From: Candidatus Oxydemutatoraceae bacterium
GTDB lineage: Bacteria; Pseudomonadota; Gammaproteobacteria; Poriferisulfidales; Oxydemutatoraceae
Assembly (NCBI GenBank): GCA_965219575.1
Contig: OZ244779.1
Span: forward strand, 2,060,769 to 2,124,768
Direction: 5' to 3'
Length of the DNA: 64,000 bases
Both the position numbers and the translations under genes were made by a program. Of the stretch, positions 27,804-38,035 are shown one piece after another. Under the pieces are notes generated by a model, which saw nothing but the letters and a program-made list of their open reading frames with translations, made no database searches and was not told the DNA's origin. How positions within the stretch are numbered: the first letter of the stretch is position 1; each line of letters begins with the position of its first letter.

Positions 27804-28886
27804 TTAGCCACAGCGAACACTGTATTTAAGGTATTCGTAAGTAGCCGTTGCACAAGGCGGAGTAACTATTCGCAACTTCACTTGTTCATCTTTGTATAAC
27901 TGCCAAGGAATCTGGTCTATTGCCAAAATGTCGGGGGCAAGTGCTTCGCGTTTCCATTTCATTGCAGCCTTTTGACTTACTAAATAGCTTGTAGCCGCAA
28001 GGGGACAATATTTTGGCTTGGCGATACGATGATGCTCATTTATCCATTCCAGACCGCTTTGTTCAGGCAATGCACCAAGCTGTATAGAAGTATACAATGC
28101 TAGACATTCATGCAATTTTTTATATGTTTCATATCTTATATATCGTTCATGCTTAAACAAAAATAAACGAAGTATAGGCCGGTACGAGAGTTTTATAATC
28201 TCTTTATACCTTATGCTATATTCTTCATGAATTTGTGCGATTTTTTCCGATTGCTTAGGATAGAGATGAGGATTGATACCGTACGCTTCCAATGGGCTTT
28301 CTGCCGGATAAGCTCTTCGCTTTGAATTATTAGAGTTATTAATTTCATGGTTCAAGGATAGTAAATATTTAATAAACTTTTTCAAAAGTAATAAATATCC
28401 GGGTCTGGTCTGTTCTACATATTCTAGGAAGGAAAAACCAGAAGGCTGACTGGCAAGTAGCAGTATATCCCATTCTAACTCGGGAGCCATTTTAAGAACC
28501 TCGGCGAAAGTCGGCAATAGTGTAGCGTCGTCTTCCAGTATGCACGCCCGCTCAATACCATTTTTAACCATCAAGTCATAAATTTTGATATGGCTCAATA
28601 TGATAGCAAGCTGGCCTAGGTTGGCATTTTTCCAGTTTTTGTCTTCCTCGGTTTTTGCATGATCAACTATCGCAGCATATTTGTTCTCTATAAGGGATTT
28701 ATCAATACCTAATGATCGTGCAATCCGCATGCGGTATGCTTTGGATTTCATTTCATATTTATCAATATCGTTCACATCTACAAACTCATACCCCAAACCA
28801 AGCGCATCCAGTTGTCTTTGTATGTGCAACTTACGCTCGGGGGTACGCTTTAGATTGATAACATAGATAGGAGGAAAAGTTGCCAT
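27804..28886 (-). CDS. Glycosyltransferase family 25, copy 6
   Basis: Same motifs as the upstream array. Confidence 0.88.
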   Translation of the reverse strand: MATFPPIYVINLKRTPERKLHIQRQLDALGLGYEFVDVNDIDKYEMKSKAYRMRIARSLGIDKSLIENKYAAIVDHAKTEEDKNWKNANLGQLAIILSHIKIYDLMVKNGIERACILEDDATLLPTFAEVLKMAPELEWDILLLASQPSGFSFLEYVEQTRPGYLLLLKKFIKYLLSLNHEINNSNNSKRRAYPAESPLEAYGINPHLYPKQSEKIAQIHEEYSIRYKEIIKLSYRPILRLFLFKHERYIRYETYKKLHECLALYTSIQLGALPEQSGLEWINEHHRIAKPKYCPLAATSYLVSQKAAMKWKREALAPDILAIDQIPWQLYKDEQVKLRIVTPPCATATYEYLKYSVRCG

Positions 28887-28928
28887 GATAGTTGATTGGA
28901 CCGATACTTTATTTCTGCATTATGGGCC

Positions 28929-30008
28929 TTATCGGCGGCGAACACTATGTACAAGATAACTATATGCAGCCGTTGCACAAGACGGAGTAACTATTCTTAA
29001 CTTCACTCGCTCATTTTTGTATAACTTCCAAGGAATCTGGTCTATTGCCAAAATGTCGGGAGCAAGTGCTTCGCGTTTCCATTTCATTGCTGCCGATTGA
29101 TTTACTAAATAGCTTATCGCTGAGAGAGGACAGTATTTTGGTTCGGCGATACGATGATGCGCATTTATTGATTCCAAACTGCTTTGTTCGGGCAATGCAC
29201 CAAGTTGAATAGAGGTATGAAACACTAAAGCTCCGTATAATTCGCTATGTCTCTTCTTACAATATCTCAACTCGGTCCAAGATAAACGGAGTTTTTTCGG
29301 CATAGCTGTTTTTATAATCTCTTCAAACTTTGCGTCATATTCTTGATAAATTTGTGCGATTCTTTCCGACTGTCTAGGATAAAGGTGGGGATTGATAGCA
29401 TACACTTCCAATAAGCGTTTTACCGGGTAAGCTCTTTGCTTTGCGCTATTAGAGTTATTAATTCTATGGTTCAAAGATAATAAATATTTAATAAACTTTC
29501 TCAAAAATAATAAATATCTAATAGGTTTTGTCTGTACTAGATCTATTAGAGGCCAAAAACCAGAAGGCTGACTGGCAAGTAGCAGTATATCCCATTCTAA
29601 CTCGGGAGCCATTTTAAGAACCTCGGCGAAAGTCGGCAATAGTGTAGCGTCGTCTTCCAGTATGCACGCCCGCTCAATACCATTTTTAACCATCAAGTCA
29701 TAAATTTTGATATGGCTCAATATGATAGCAAGCTGGCCTAGGTTGGCATTTTTCCAGTTTTTGTCTTCCTCGGTTTTTGCATGATCAACTATCGCAGCAT
29801 ATTTGTTCTCTATAAGGGATTTATCAATACCTAATGATCGTGCAATCCGCATGCGGTATGCTTTGGATTTCATTTCATATTTATCAATATCGTCTACATC
29901 TACAAACTCATACTCCAAGCCAAGCGCATCCAGCTGTCTTTGCATGTGCAACCTACGCTCGGGGGTACGCCTTAGATTGATAATATAGATAGGAGAAAAG
30001 GTTGCCAT
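28929..30008 (-). CDS. Glycosyltransferase family 25, copy 7
   Basis: Same motifs. Confidence 0.88.
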   Translation of the reverse strand: MATFSPIYIINLRRTPERRLHMQRQLDALGLEYEFVDVDDIDKYEMKSKAYRMRIARSLGIDKSLIENKYAAIVDHAKTEEDKNWKNANLGQLAIILSHIKIYDLMVKNGIERACILEDDATLLPTFAEVLKMAPELEWDILLLASQPSGFWPLIDLVQTKPIRYLLFLRKFIKYLLSLNHRINNSNSAKQRAYPVKRLLEVYAINPHLYPRQSERIAQIYQEYDAKFEEIIKTAMPKKLRLSWTELRYCKKRHSELYGALVFHTSIQLGALPEQSSLESINAHHRIAEPKYCPLSAISYLVNQSAAMKWKREALAPDILAIDQIPWKLYKNERVKLRIVTPSCATAAYSYLVHSVRRR

Positions 30009-30071
30009 GATAGTCGTTTGAAATGAGAATTTTCTTTTGCATTATAAAGCATTGCCGCAAAAACAATATGT

Positions 30072-30370
30072 GAGGCTGTTAAAAAAGTGAGGGTATCGCT
30101 CAAACCCAATCGCTGTGCGCCGTGAATATTTGTAAACCACCTGTAGGGGCGGACTGGCATGTCCGCCCATAACGTATCATGTTTGCACGATTGACGCGTT
30201 CACCCATTAATATTATGGAAACCATTATTTGTTGGCGCAAGCGGTTGGCATCGTGCAGAACGGTACTTAAGGGCAGACACACAGATCTGCCCCTACGGCT
30301 TGGTGGCTATTATAAATTCACGGCGCAAGCGGTTACCGTTGCACGCTGACGATACTTTTTCAACAGCCCC
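30072..30370. mobile_element. MITE copy
   Basis: GAGGCTGTTAAAAAAG ... TTTTTCAACAGCCCC with 4-bp TSD ATGT and two REP palindromes inside. Confidence 0.85.
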
Positions 30371-30371
30371 A

Positions 30372-30465
30372 TGTGGCTTCGGATTTATCCATGTGCTTTT
30401 TGATAAGCAAAATCGTGCTTGGCACGACATTTTGTCAAAAAGCCGATTGATCAGCGTATCACCCT
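30372..30465 (+). repeat. 94-bp duplicate of the RDD 3' end (other copy at 27679..27772)
   Basis: Both copies encode CGFGFIHVLFDKQNRAWHDILSKSRLISVSP. Confidence 0.9.
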
Positions 30466-31530
30466 CAACAGATAAAAACCCAACAGCGAAAAAAGAATAA
30501 CTGGCAAAAACGCTCCCAGCCATGCCGGGAGATGGTAGCTGATCGATAAATTCCCGAAAATTTGACTCACGATGATATACGACAAACCTAATAAAACTGC
30601 AGTGAAAAATCGCTTTCCCATCGTAGCACTTTGCACCGACCCGAATATCCATGGTATCGCAAGTAATATCACAACCAAGATAGACAACATCGTGCTCAAA
30701 TGGGTCCACAGCGCGAGTTCGTGAACATTGGTGTTTAATTCGGAACGCCTTAAAAATTCGATATACGCGTATAGTTGACGGAAGTTCATGTGTTCTTGCC
30801 TTAGACTTTCGGGCATCGTGTGAGTTAGTTCCGATATCGTAAAAGGAATTTGCAGTTGCTCGGCAATGCGCTTTTGAATACGATTCTCGTTTCCGAATAA
30901 AAAAACTTCGGCATCGTGCAGAATCAATAACTTCTCATCAACCGATGTAACCGCCCGCTTCGCTTCGATATGCCTTAGCAAACGGTAGTTTTGATTCAAT
31001 TCAAACACATTAACATCCAGATATTCGTCGTCGTTTAATAAGGTTTTGAAGTTGATGAAATAATCCCCTTCGCGCAACCAATAACCGGTATCCGATTCGA
31101 AGAAATGCGACTGTTGTTCGCAACAATGTTTAATGTCATATTGCCGATATTGTGCCTTGGGCACGACAAACTCTCCGTAGATAAAAGTGCCTATCATCAG
31201 CAAAGTACCGACCGCTAAAATAGAGTAGGCAATACGCATACGAGTATAACCGCAGGCGCGCAACGCTAAAAACTCAAAATTGACGGCCATGCTTCCCAAA
31301 CCCACCATGCAACCCAATAAAACGGCGATAGGTAATAATTCGTAAGCACTGACGGCAATCTCCAGCACACTATAAAACAACATTGTCCCTATCGGATAGT
31401 CGGCATCCACTTTATCTATTTCATCGAGAAAATCTATCACACCGTCTATGGCAAGCAGCGCGAGCAGAGCCACTGCGATGCCCGTTAGTAGCTGGCGCGC
31501 CAAATAAAAATCTACGATGCAAAATCTCAT
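30451..31530 (-). CDS. lptG: LPS export ABC transporter permease LptG
   Basis: YjgP/Q-type membrane protein with ELLPIAVLLG and EFLALRACG, downstream of lptF. Start uncertain (ORF track gives 31584). Confidence 0.88.
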   Translation of the reverse strand: MRFCIVDFYLARQLLTGIAVALLALLAIDGVIDFLDEIDKVDADYPIGTMLFYSVLEIAVSAYELLPIAVLLGCMVGLGSMAVNFEFLALRACGYTRMRIAYSILAVGTLLMIGTFIYGEFVVPKAQYRQYDIKHCCEQQSHFFESDTGYWLREGDYFINFKTLLNDDEYLDVNVFELNQNYRLLRHIEAKRAVTSVDEKLLILHDAEVFLFGNENRIQKRIAEQLQIPFTISELTHTMPESLRQEHMNFRQLYAYIEFLRRSELNTNVHELALWTHLSTMLSILVVILLAIPWIFGSVQSATMGKRFFTAVLLGLSYIIVSQIFGNLSISYHLPAWLGAFLPVILFSLLGFYLLRVIR

Positions 31531-31543
31531 AACATACATTGCA

Positions 31544-32602
31544 TCAATAAACATCTCGCCGCGCTGCCAAGACAACGGCAACAAAAAACACCGTGAGGTG
31601 CAAAGGCCAAACGCCGATTGCTGCCGGCAACTGTCCGCTTTCTATAAAGCTACTCATCAATATTGCCAAATTCGAATAAACCAAGAACACGACGATACCC
31701 AATGCGAGTTTGGCTTGTTGTCTATAACGCTTCGGCGAAGAACGGCTCAACCATTCCACAAACGGTAGCAACACCAATAGCACCAGAGGTATCGATAAGC
31801 GCATTTGCAATTCGGCTTGTGCCTCCAGACTATCCGCATGCCAAAGCGTCAAAAAATCAAAACTCTCGGGATTATAATTTCTCGGCTGTATTTCTTGTTC
31901 GGGCAGTTGTATGCGGTGGCTTTTATAATCAACGGTATAAAAAGAAACTTCATGGGCGGTGCTCGCATAGCTTCTATAAAAATCGCCGCTTTCTAAATAT
32001 AACTGCTTAACCCCCATCTTATCTCGGGTCTGCCTCCCTTGCTCCGCCGTTGTTATGGTCAGTTGTTCGTCGTCTTCGAGCGCAACGAATACACCTTGAA
32101 GTTCGTTATTCCGTATTCGCTCTACAAACAGCACACCTTGATCTATACGACTGATAGAACCATCCTTGATTATACTTAAATCGGTTCGTTGGCGAGCCTC
32201 TTGTTTAATGAAATCGATGTGCTGCTGTATCATAGGCACTATCTCAAGTATCAGATAAAACAATAATGCGCTCAGCGGCACTACGAACCGTAGTAGTACC
32301 CGATAAATATCGGACTTGCTAATACAAATCGTGTAAGCCGCATAGATTTCGTTATTTTGGTATAGATTTCCGAGCGCAAGAATAATTGCGAGCAATGCAC
32401 AAAAAGGAAGTAAATGAATCATCGTATCGGCAAGCCCTAAAGCTAGAAGCACCGATACGATGTCGGCGGGATAAGAACCTTGCGCAGCTTTAGAAGACAA
32501 TTCAATCAGCAAACGCCCTCCGATAATCAATGCCAAAATGAAAATAACCAAGAATAGACTTTTGAGCAGATTGCGAAATAGATAGTATTCAAAAACTTTC
32601 AT
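31544..32602 (-). CDS. lptF: LPS export ABC transporter permease LptF
   Basis: LLPF..LLAIILALGNLYQNNE and AELQMRLSIPL motifs; divergent from pepA. Confidence 0.88.
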   Translation of the reverse strand: MKVFEYYLFRNLLKSLFLVIFILALIIGGRLLIELSSKAAQGSYPADIVSVLLALGLADTMIHLLPFCALLAIILALGNLYQNNEIYAAYTICISKSDIYRVLLRFVVPLSALLFYLILEIVPMIQQHIDFIKQEARQRTDLSIIKDGSISRIDQGVLFVERIRNNELQGVFVALEDDEQLTITTAEQGRQTRDKMGVKQLYLESGDFYRSYASTAHEVSFYTVDYKSHRIQLPEQEIQPRNYNPESFDFLTLWHADSLEAQAELQMRLSIPLVLLVLLPFVEWLSRSSPKRYRQQAKLALGIVVFLVYSNLAILMSSFIESGQLPAAIGVWPLHLTVFFVAVVLAARRDVY

Positions 32603-32676
32603 CGCAAATTACTACAAAGCCTATGCGGTTATCGGGTAAAATAGTCGGAATGTCAATCAACATAGAGAGGTCAAAA

Positions 32677-34161
32677 ATGCAAATTATTACTAATTCTAAA
32701 GATATTAGCAAATTATATAGTCAGTGTACTGTTATACCACTTTTTGAGAAAAGTAAATCCAAAGTATACGCCCAAGTAGACGAGGTGAGCGAAGGCTTTC
32801 TGAAAAAAACCGTAGCGCATACGGCTTTTGTGCCGAAGTTCAAAAAACAGCTGGTCGTGCATGCACCCCAGACCCGGCACAAAACGATTATTTTAGTGGG
32901 ATTGGGAACCAAAGCTAAATTCAATCAACATCGCTTTAACCAAATCGCTTCGAGTGTCGCCGAACAAATCGTTAAACTTAATCTCAAATCGGTTTTATAT
33001 TGCTTACCCGAAATATCTAGCGGCAGTCTTAACCACGCATGGTGCTTGCGCCAGTCGGCAATCGCACTGCAGCGAGCCTGCTATCGCTATACCGCAACAC
33101 GAAATTCCGACAAAGATAAAAAAATCAATCTGGAAAGTTGTACCTTTCAAGTCGCCGAGGAAAATACCGAAACGAAGCAAGCGGTCAAAGAAGCCGATGC
33201 CATAGCGCACGGTATAAACATCGCTCGTGAGCTGGGTAATCTACCACCGAATACCTGCACTCCCGCCTACATAGTGCAACAAGCGAAAAAGCTGGTGCGT
33301 AGTTCAAAAAAACTGCATCTGCATGTTTTACAGGAAAAAGATATGGCGAGTATGGGAATGGGCGCGTTTTTATCGGTTAGCAAAGGAAGTATCGAGCCCG
33401 GCTATATCGCCTGCATAGAGTATCGTGGTGCCGCCAAGAGTAAGGCACCCGTCGCCATCGTAGGCAAAGGAATCACTTTTGATACCGGGGGTATCTCCAT
33501 CAAGCCGAGTTCTGCGATGGACGAGATGAAGTTTGATATGAGCGGTGCCGGCAGTGTTTTGGGCACGATGGCTTTTTGCGTACGCTTGGGCTTGCCGATC
33601 AATGTCGTCGGCGTACTCGCATGTGCGGAGAATATGCCGGGTGGCAAGGCGAGCAAACCCGGCGACATAGTCAAAACGATGTCCGGACAAACCGTAGAGA
33701 TTCTGAACACCGATGCCGAAGGCAGATTGGTGTTATGCGATGCCTTGACCTATGTGCAACGCTATAAACCCGAATGTATCATAGATATCGCCACACTCAC
33801 CGGAGCTTGTGTCGTTGCTCTGGGACAAGTAACAAGCGGCCTGATGGCGAACGACCAAGCCCTTGCCGATAAGTTAATCGAAGCAGGCAAGGAATCGGGA
33901 GATTCTACTTGGCAACTCCCGATGTGGGATGAATACCAACCTCAACTCGATAGCAATTTTGCCGATATGGCAAATATAGGCGGACGATGGGCAGGGACGA
34001 TTACCGCAGCGTGCTTTTTGTCGCGCTTTACCAAAGAGCAGCGATGGGCACACTTGGATGTTGCCGGTGTAGCATGGTCCACAGGTTCAAAAAAAGGGTC
34101 AACCGGTCGTCCGGTGCCGCTACTTACCCAGTTTTTAATTTCCCATAGCAAATCCGGCTAA
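32677..34161 (+). CDS. pepA: Cytosol (leucyl) aminopeptidase
   Basis: VGKGITFDTGG, MKFDM and NTDAEGRL motifs. Start uncertain (32623-32677). Confidence 0.96.
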   Translation: MQIITNSKDISKLYSQCTVIPLFEKSKSKVYAQVDEVSEGFLKKTVAHTAFVPKFKKQLVVHAPQTRHKTIILVGLGTKAKFNQHRFNQIASSVAEQIVKLNLKSVLYCLPEISSGSLNHAWCLRQSAIALQRACYRYTATRNSDKDKKINLESCTFQVAEENTETKQAVKEADAIAHGINIARELGNLPPNTCTPAYIVQQAKKLVRSSKKLHLHVLQEKDMASMGMGAFLSVSKGSIEPGYIACIEYRGAAKSKAPVAIVGKGITFDTGGISIKPSSAMDEMKFDMSGAGSVLGTMAFCVRLGLPINVVGVLACAENMPGGKASKPGDIVKTMSGQTVEILNTDAEGRLVLCDALTYVQRYKPECIIDIATLTGACVVALGQVTSGLMANDQALADKLIEAGKESGDSTWQLPMWDEYQPQLDSNFADMANIGGRWAGTITAACFLSRFTKEQRWAHLDVAGVAWSTGSKKGSTGRPVPLLTQFLISHSKSG

Positions 34162-34181
34162 TCTCAAAGTTGGAATGTCAC

Positions 34182-34829
34182 GGCTAAAAAAGTATTTCAT
34201 GCGCCGTAGGGCGGACCATTCCCCTCCTGTGGAGGGGTGGCAGGCGTGACATTGTGCAGAACCCTAGCATATATGCAGAATGTAAAGTCTTTCCATGGGG
34301 TGGTTGTGTCGTGGGACCGTTGAAAAAATATTTCATACAATGTAGGGGCGGACATCAAAATTGCCGATTGACCTACTGGCTCAATCGGCGGCTCTGTTCT
34401 GCCCGTAACGCGTTACATCTGTACGATTTATACATTCATCCACCCGATTTATGGAAACCAAAACCATACGGCGCAAGCGGTTAAGTTTGTGCAGGACGGT
34501 ACTTTAGGGCAGACACACAGGTCTGCCCCTACGGCTTGGTGGTTATTATAAATTCACGGCGCAAGCGGTTACAGTTTTGCAGAACAGTATTTTTTCAACA
34601 GTTCCGTCGTATCTGCACTATTTTATTCTCATTCACCCGATTTATGGAAACCAAAACCATACGGCGCAAGCGGTTGGCATCGTGCAGAACGGCATTTAAA
34701 GGCAGACATAGTAGGGGCGGACTTGCATGTCCGCCCGCCCCTACATTTCGTAATTTACATCGTGGTTCTACACAATGTTACGCCGATTGACCTACCGGAG
34801 TAATCGACAGTTCTATTTTTCAACAGCCC
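34182..34829. repeat. Cluster of nested or partial MITE and REP modules
   Basis: Several TIR-like ends (34312, ~34605, 34829), GTAG REPs (intact copy 34711-34736) and CCCCTCC..GGAGGGG. Confidence 0.8.
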
Positions 34830-34844
34830 TATGTCCACAATCGT

Positions 34845-37679
34845 ATGGAAAAAACATATAACCCACAACAAATTGAACAACACTGGTACCGACAATGGGA
34901 AGCATCGGGTATCTTTGAACCGCAAGGCGACGGTGAAAGCTACTGCATCATGATACCGCCGCCCAATGTAACCGGTGTGTTGCATATGGGGCATGCATTC
35001 CAAATCAGCCTGATGGACAACCTCGTACGCTATCACCGCATGCTGGGCAAAAAAGTATTGTGGCAAGTCGGCACCGACCACGCCGGTATCGCCACCCAAA
35101 TGGTCGTAGAACGGAGACTGGAAAACCTGGGCATCAAGCGCAACGAATTAAAACGCGAAGAATTCATCGCAAAGGTGTGGGAATGGAAACGCGAATCCGG
35201 TAACCAAATCACCCGACAACTCAGAAGACTCGGGGCCTCCCCCGATTGGTCGAGAGAATGTTTTACGATGGACGAAAACTTATCGCATGCGGTTCGCGAA
35301 GCCTTCATAATCCTTTACCAAAACGGTCTAATTTACAAAGGGAAACGCTTGGTAAACTGGGATCCGGTGCTACAAACCGCGGTTTCCGACCTTGAAGTTG
35401 TCACCGAAGAGGAGGCGGGAAAGCTCTGGTATCTAAAATACCCGCTGAGTGAGCCTGTCGATAAAAATGACCATGTCATCGTTGCTACCACTCGCCCGGA
35501 AACCATGCTGGGTGATATGGCGGTTGCCGTCAATCCCGAAGACCCACGTTATCGCCACTTGATCGGGCAGCGCATCAATCTACCGTTAACATTGCGCAAG
35601 ATTCCGATTGTCGCCGATACACATGTAGACCCGGAGTTCGGATCGGGCTGTGTAAAAATCACCCCGGCGCACGATTTCAACGACTACGAAATAGGCAAAA
35701 GACACGGACTGCATAGGTCTTCGGATCCGAATATCATAGAAACCGGCGACGAACAAAACTTCGATGCAATCAACATCTTCGACAAACGAGCTTATCTGAA
35801 CGACCAGGTGCCCGAGGCGTATCAAGGATTAGAACGCTACGACGGGCGCACCAGAGTCCTTGCCGACCTTGAGCAACTAAACTTACTCTCGCAAGTAAAG
35901 GACTATCGTATGCACATACCGCGCGGCGATCGTAGCCATAGCGTCATTGAACCGTTGTTGACCGAACAGTGGTTTGCGCGCACCGATAGCATGGCACAAG
36001 CTGCCGTTGTAGCGGTGCAAACAAAGAAGATACGATTTATCCCCGAGCGGTGGCAACAAACCTATTTCTCGTGGCTGGAACAAATACAAGATTGGTGTAT
36101 CAGTCGCCAACTCTGGTGGGGGCATCGTATTCCGGTTTGGTACGACGACCACGGTTCTATCTATGTAGGACACTCGGAGGCGGATGTACGCAAACGCTAT
36201 AACTTAAAAGCCGAATTGACACTAAAGCAAGACGAAGATGTATTGGATACTTGGTTCTCATCCGCCCTATGGCCGTTCTCCACCTTAGGGTGGCCGTACA
36301 AAAACTCCGAACTCAAACACTATTTTCCGACCGATATATTGGTCACCGGCTTTGATATTATTTTCTTTTGGGTCGCACGCATGGTCATGGCAAGCATAGA
36401 ACTCACCGAACAGGTACCCTTCAAAGAAGTGTATGTTCACGGGCTGGTTAGAGATGCCAAAGGGCAGAAGATGTCTAAATCCAAAGGCAATATATTAGAT
36501 CCCATTGACCTGATAGCAGGTATTTCATTGGACGAATTGATTAGCAAGCGCACCGCCAACTTGATGCAGCCCAAGCTCGCCGGTCAGATAGAACGGGATA
36601 CCAAAAAGCAATACCCGCAAGGCATCAAGGCATACGGCACCGACGCGTTGCGCTTTATGTTTACTGCGATGGCATCGACCGGGCGAGATATTAGGTTTGA
36701 TACCAAACGTCTGGAAGGCTACCGCAACTTCTGCAATAAGCTCTGGAACGCAGCACGGTTTACGACCATGCTTTGCGAAAACACAACTCCGAATCCGAAC
36801 ACACGCGATGCCTATCGTTTTGAGCAATACTCGGAACCGGACCGATGGATACAAATACGCCTAGGGCGAACATTACAAAAGATTAAGCAACACTATAAAA
36901 CTTGCCGTTTTGATTTAATAGCCTCGCTACTATACGAGTTTGTGTGGCACGATTTTTGCGATTGGTATTTAGAAATAGTCAAACTGATGCAAGCAGGCGG
37001 TGCGAAACCCGAAATCAAAGAGAGCAACCTTGCTTGTCTGATTACGACGCTCAACCATATACTCAAAGCACTACATCCGATTGTTCCCTTTATCACCGAA
37101 GAAATATGGCATCAGATCAAACCATTGACCGGCGATACCGGCGACAGTATACAAACGCAAAGCTATCCCGAATTACCGAATTATCAAGACGAATCGGCGG
37201 AGCAAACCATAACTTTGCTACAAAGCTATGTAAGCTCTATACGCCAAATACGCTCCGAGATGAATATCTCACCGGCGATCAAAGTGCCGGTTCTAATACA
37301 AGGATATAGCGAACGCGATCGTTTGCTTTTTGAACAATACGGAGAAATCATCAACGCGCTAGCAAAAATAACCGCCGTAGAATATCTAGACGACACCGCA
37401 CAACCGCCACCCAGTGCGACAATGCTCGTCAATGAAGTCAAAGTGCTAATCCCCATAGAAGGATTAATCGATGTTGAAGCGGAACAAAAGCGATTGAAAA
37501 ACGAAAGCGTAAAAATTTCTCAATCAATAGCGAAATTACAAGCGCGAATTAACGATCGGAACTTTATCAACAACGCGCCCCCCGATGTCGTCGGGAAACA
37601 AAAAGAAACCTTGCAAACGATGAAAGTGCAATTAGAAAAATATAATGCGCAACTCGCCTCGTTAGAGGATAATAACTAA
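34845..37679 (+). CDS. valS: Valine--tRNA ligase
   Basis: PPPNVTGVLHMGH, DWCISRQLWWGH and KMSKS motifs. Confidence 0.98.
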   Translation: MEKTYNPQQIEQHWYRQWEASGIFEPQGDGESYCIMIPPPNVTGVLHMGHAFQISLMDNLVRYHRMLGKKVLWQVGTDHAGIATQMVVERRLENLGIKRNELKREEFIAKVWEWKRESGNQITRQLRRLGASPDWSRECFTMDENLSHAVREAFIILYQNGLIYKGKRLVNWDPVLQTAVSDLEVVTEEEAGKLWYLKYPLSEPVDKNDHVIVATTRPETMLGDMAVAVNPEDPRYRHLIGQRINLPLTLRKIPIVADTHVDPEFGSGCVKITPAHDFNDYEIGKRHGLHRSSDPNIIETGDEQNFDAINIFDKRAYLNDQVPEAYQGLERYDGRTRVLADLEQLNLLSQVKDYRMHIPRGDRSHSVIEPLLTEQWFARTDSMAQAAVVAVQTKKIRFIPERWQQTYFSWLEQIQDWCISRQLWWGHRIPVWYDDHGSIYVGHSEADVRKRYNLKAELTLKQDEDVLDTWFSSALWPFSTLGWPYKNSELKHYFPTDILVTGFDIIFFWVARMVMASIELTEQVPFKEVYVHGLVRDAKGQKMSKSKGNILDPIDLIAGISLDELISKRTANLMQPKLAGQIERDTKKQYPQGIKAYGTDALRFMFTAMASTGRDIRFDTKRLEGYRNFCNKLWNAARFTTMLCENTTPNPNTRDAYRFEQYSEPDRWIQIRLGRTLQKIKQHYKTCRFDLIASLLYEFVWHDFCDWYLEIVKLMQAGGAKPEIKESNLACLITTLNHILKALHPIVPFITEEIWHQIKPLTGDTGDSIQTQSYPELPNYQDESAEQTITLLQSYVSSIRQIRSEMNISPAIKVPVLIQGYSERDRLLFEQYGEIINALAKITAVEYLDDTAQPPPSATMLVNEVKVLIPIEGLIDVEAEQKRLKNESVKISQSIAKLQARINDRNFINNAPPDVVGKQKETLQTMKVQLEKYNAQLASLEDNN

Positions 37680-37731
37680 CATCAATATCAAGGATTATAT
37701 GCAAAAATCTGCAAACAGATTTCAATGCAAA

Positions 37732-37989
37732 TTAGTCTTTGTCTTTCTTTTTGAGGCGGTCCTTAAAATCCCAGACAGCATTTAGAAATCTCATCCCTAT
37801 CCATCCGGCGGATAAAACCATAATAATGATGCCCAGAATATAAACTAGAGGATCTTCGGCTGCAAAGCCTGTAATTGATATCGCCATACCGATAGCTCCG
37901 ATGATGATTGCGACCAGTATTTCAACTGCGTCACTACCAGCCTTTAATCGTTTCTGCCTATGATCGGCAGCAAAATCTATATCACTCAT
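37732..37989 (-). CDS. Small membrane protein with two TM segments, hypothetical
   Basis: MSDIDFAADH... followed by two hydrophobic helices. GGGAG RBS before ATG 37989. Confidence 0.55.
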   Translation of the reverse strand: MSDIDFAADHRQKRLKAGSDAVEILVAIIIGAIGMAISITGFAAEDPLVYILGIIIMVLSAGWIGMRFLNAVWDFKDRLKKKDKD

Positions 37990-38035
37990 ATAGCTCCCAT
38001 CTGTTATACTGAAACTACGGATAATATACCACAAA

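Noticed and set aside
34182-34829. CRISPR array
   Set aside because: The repeats are irregular palindromic modules without constant repeat-spacer periodicity, and there are no cas genes.
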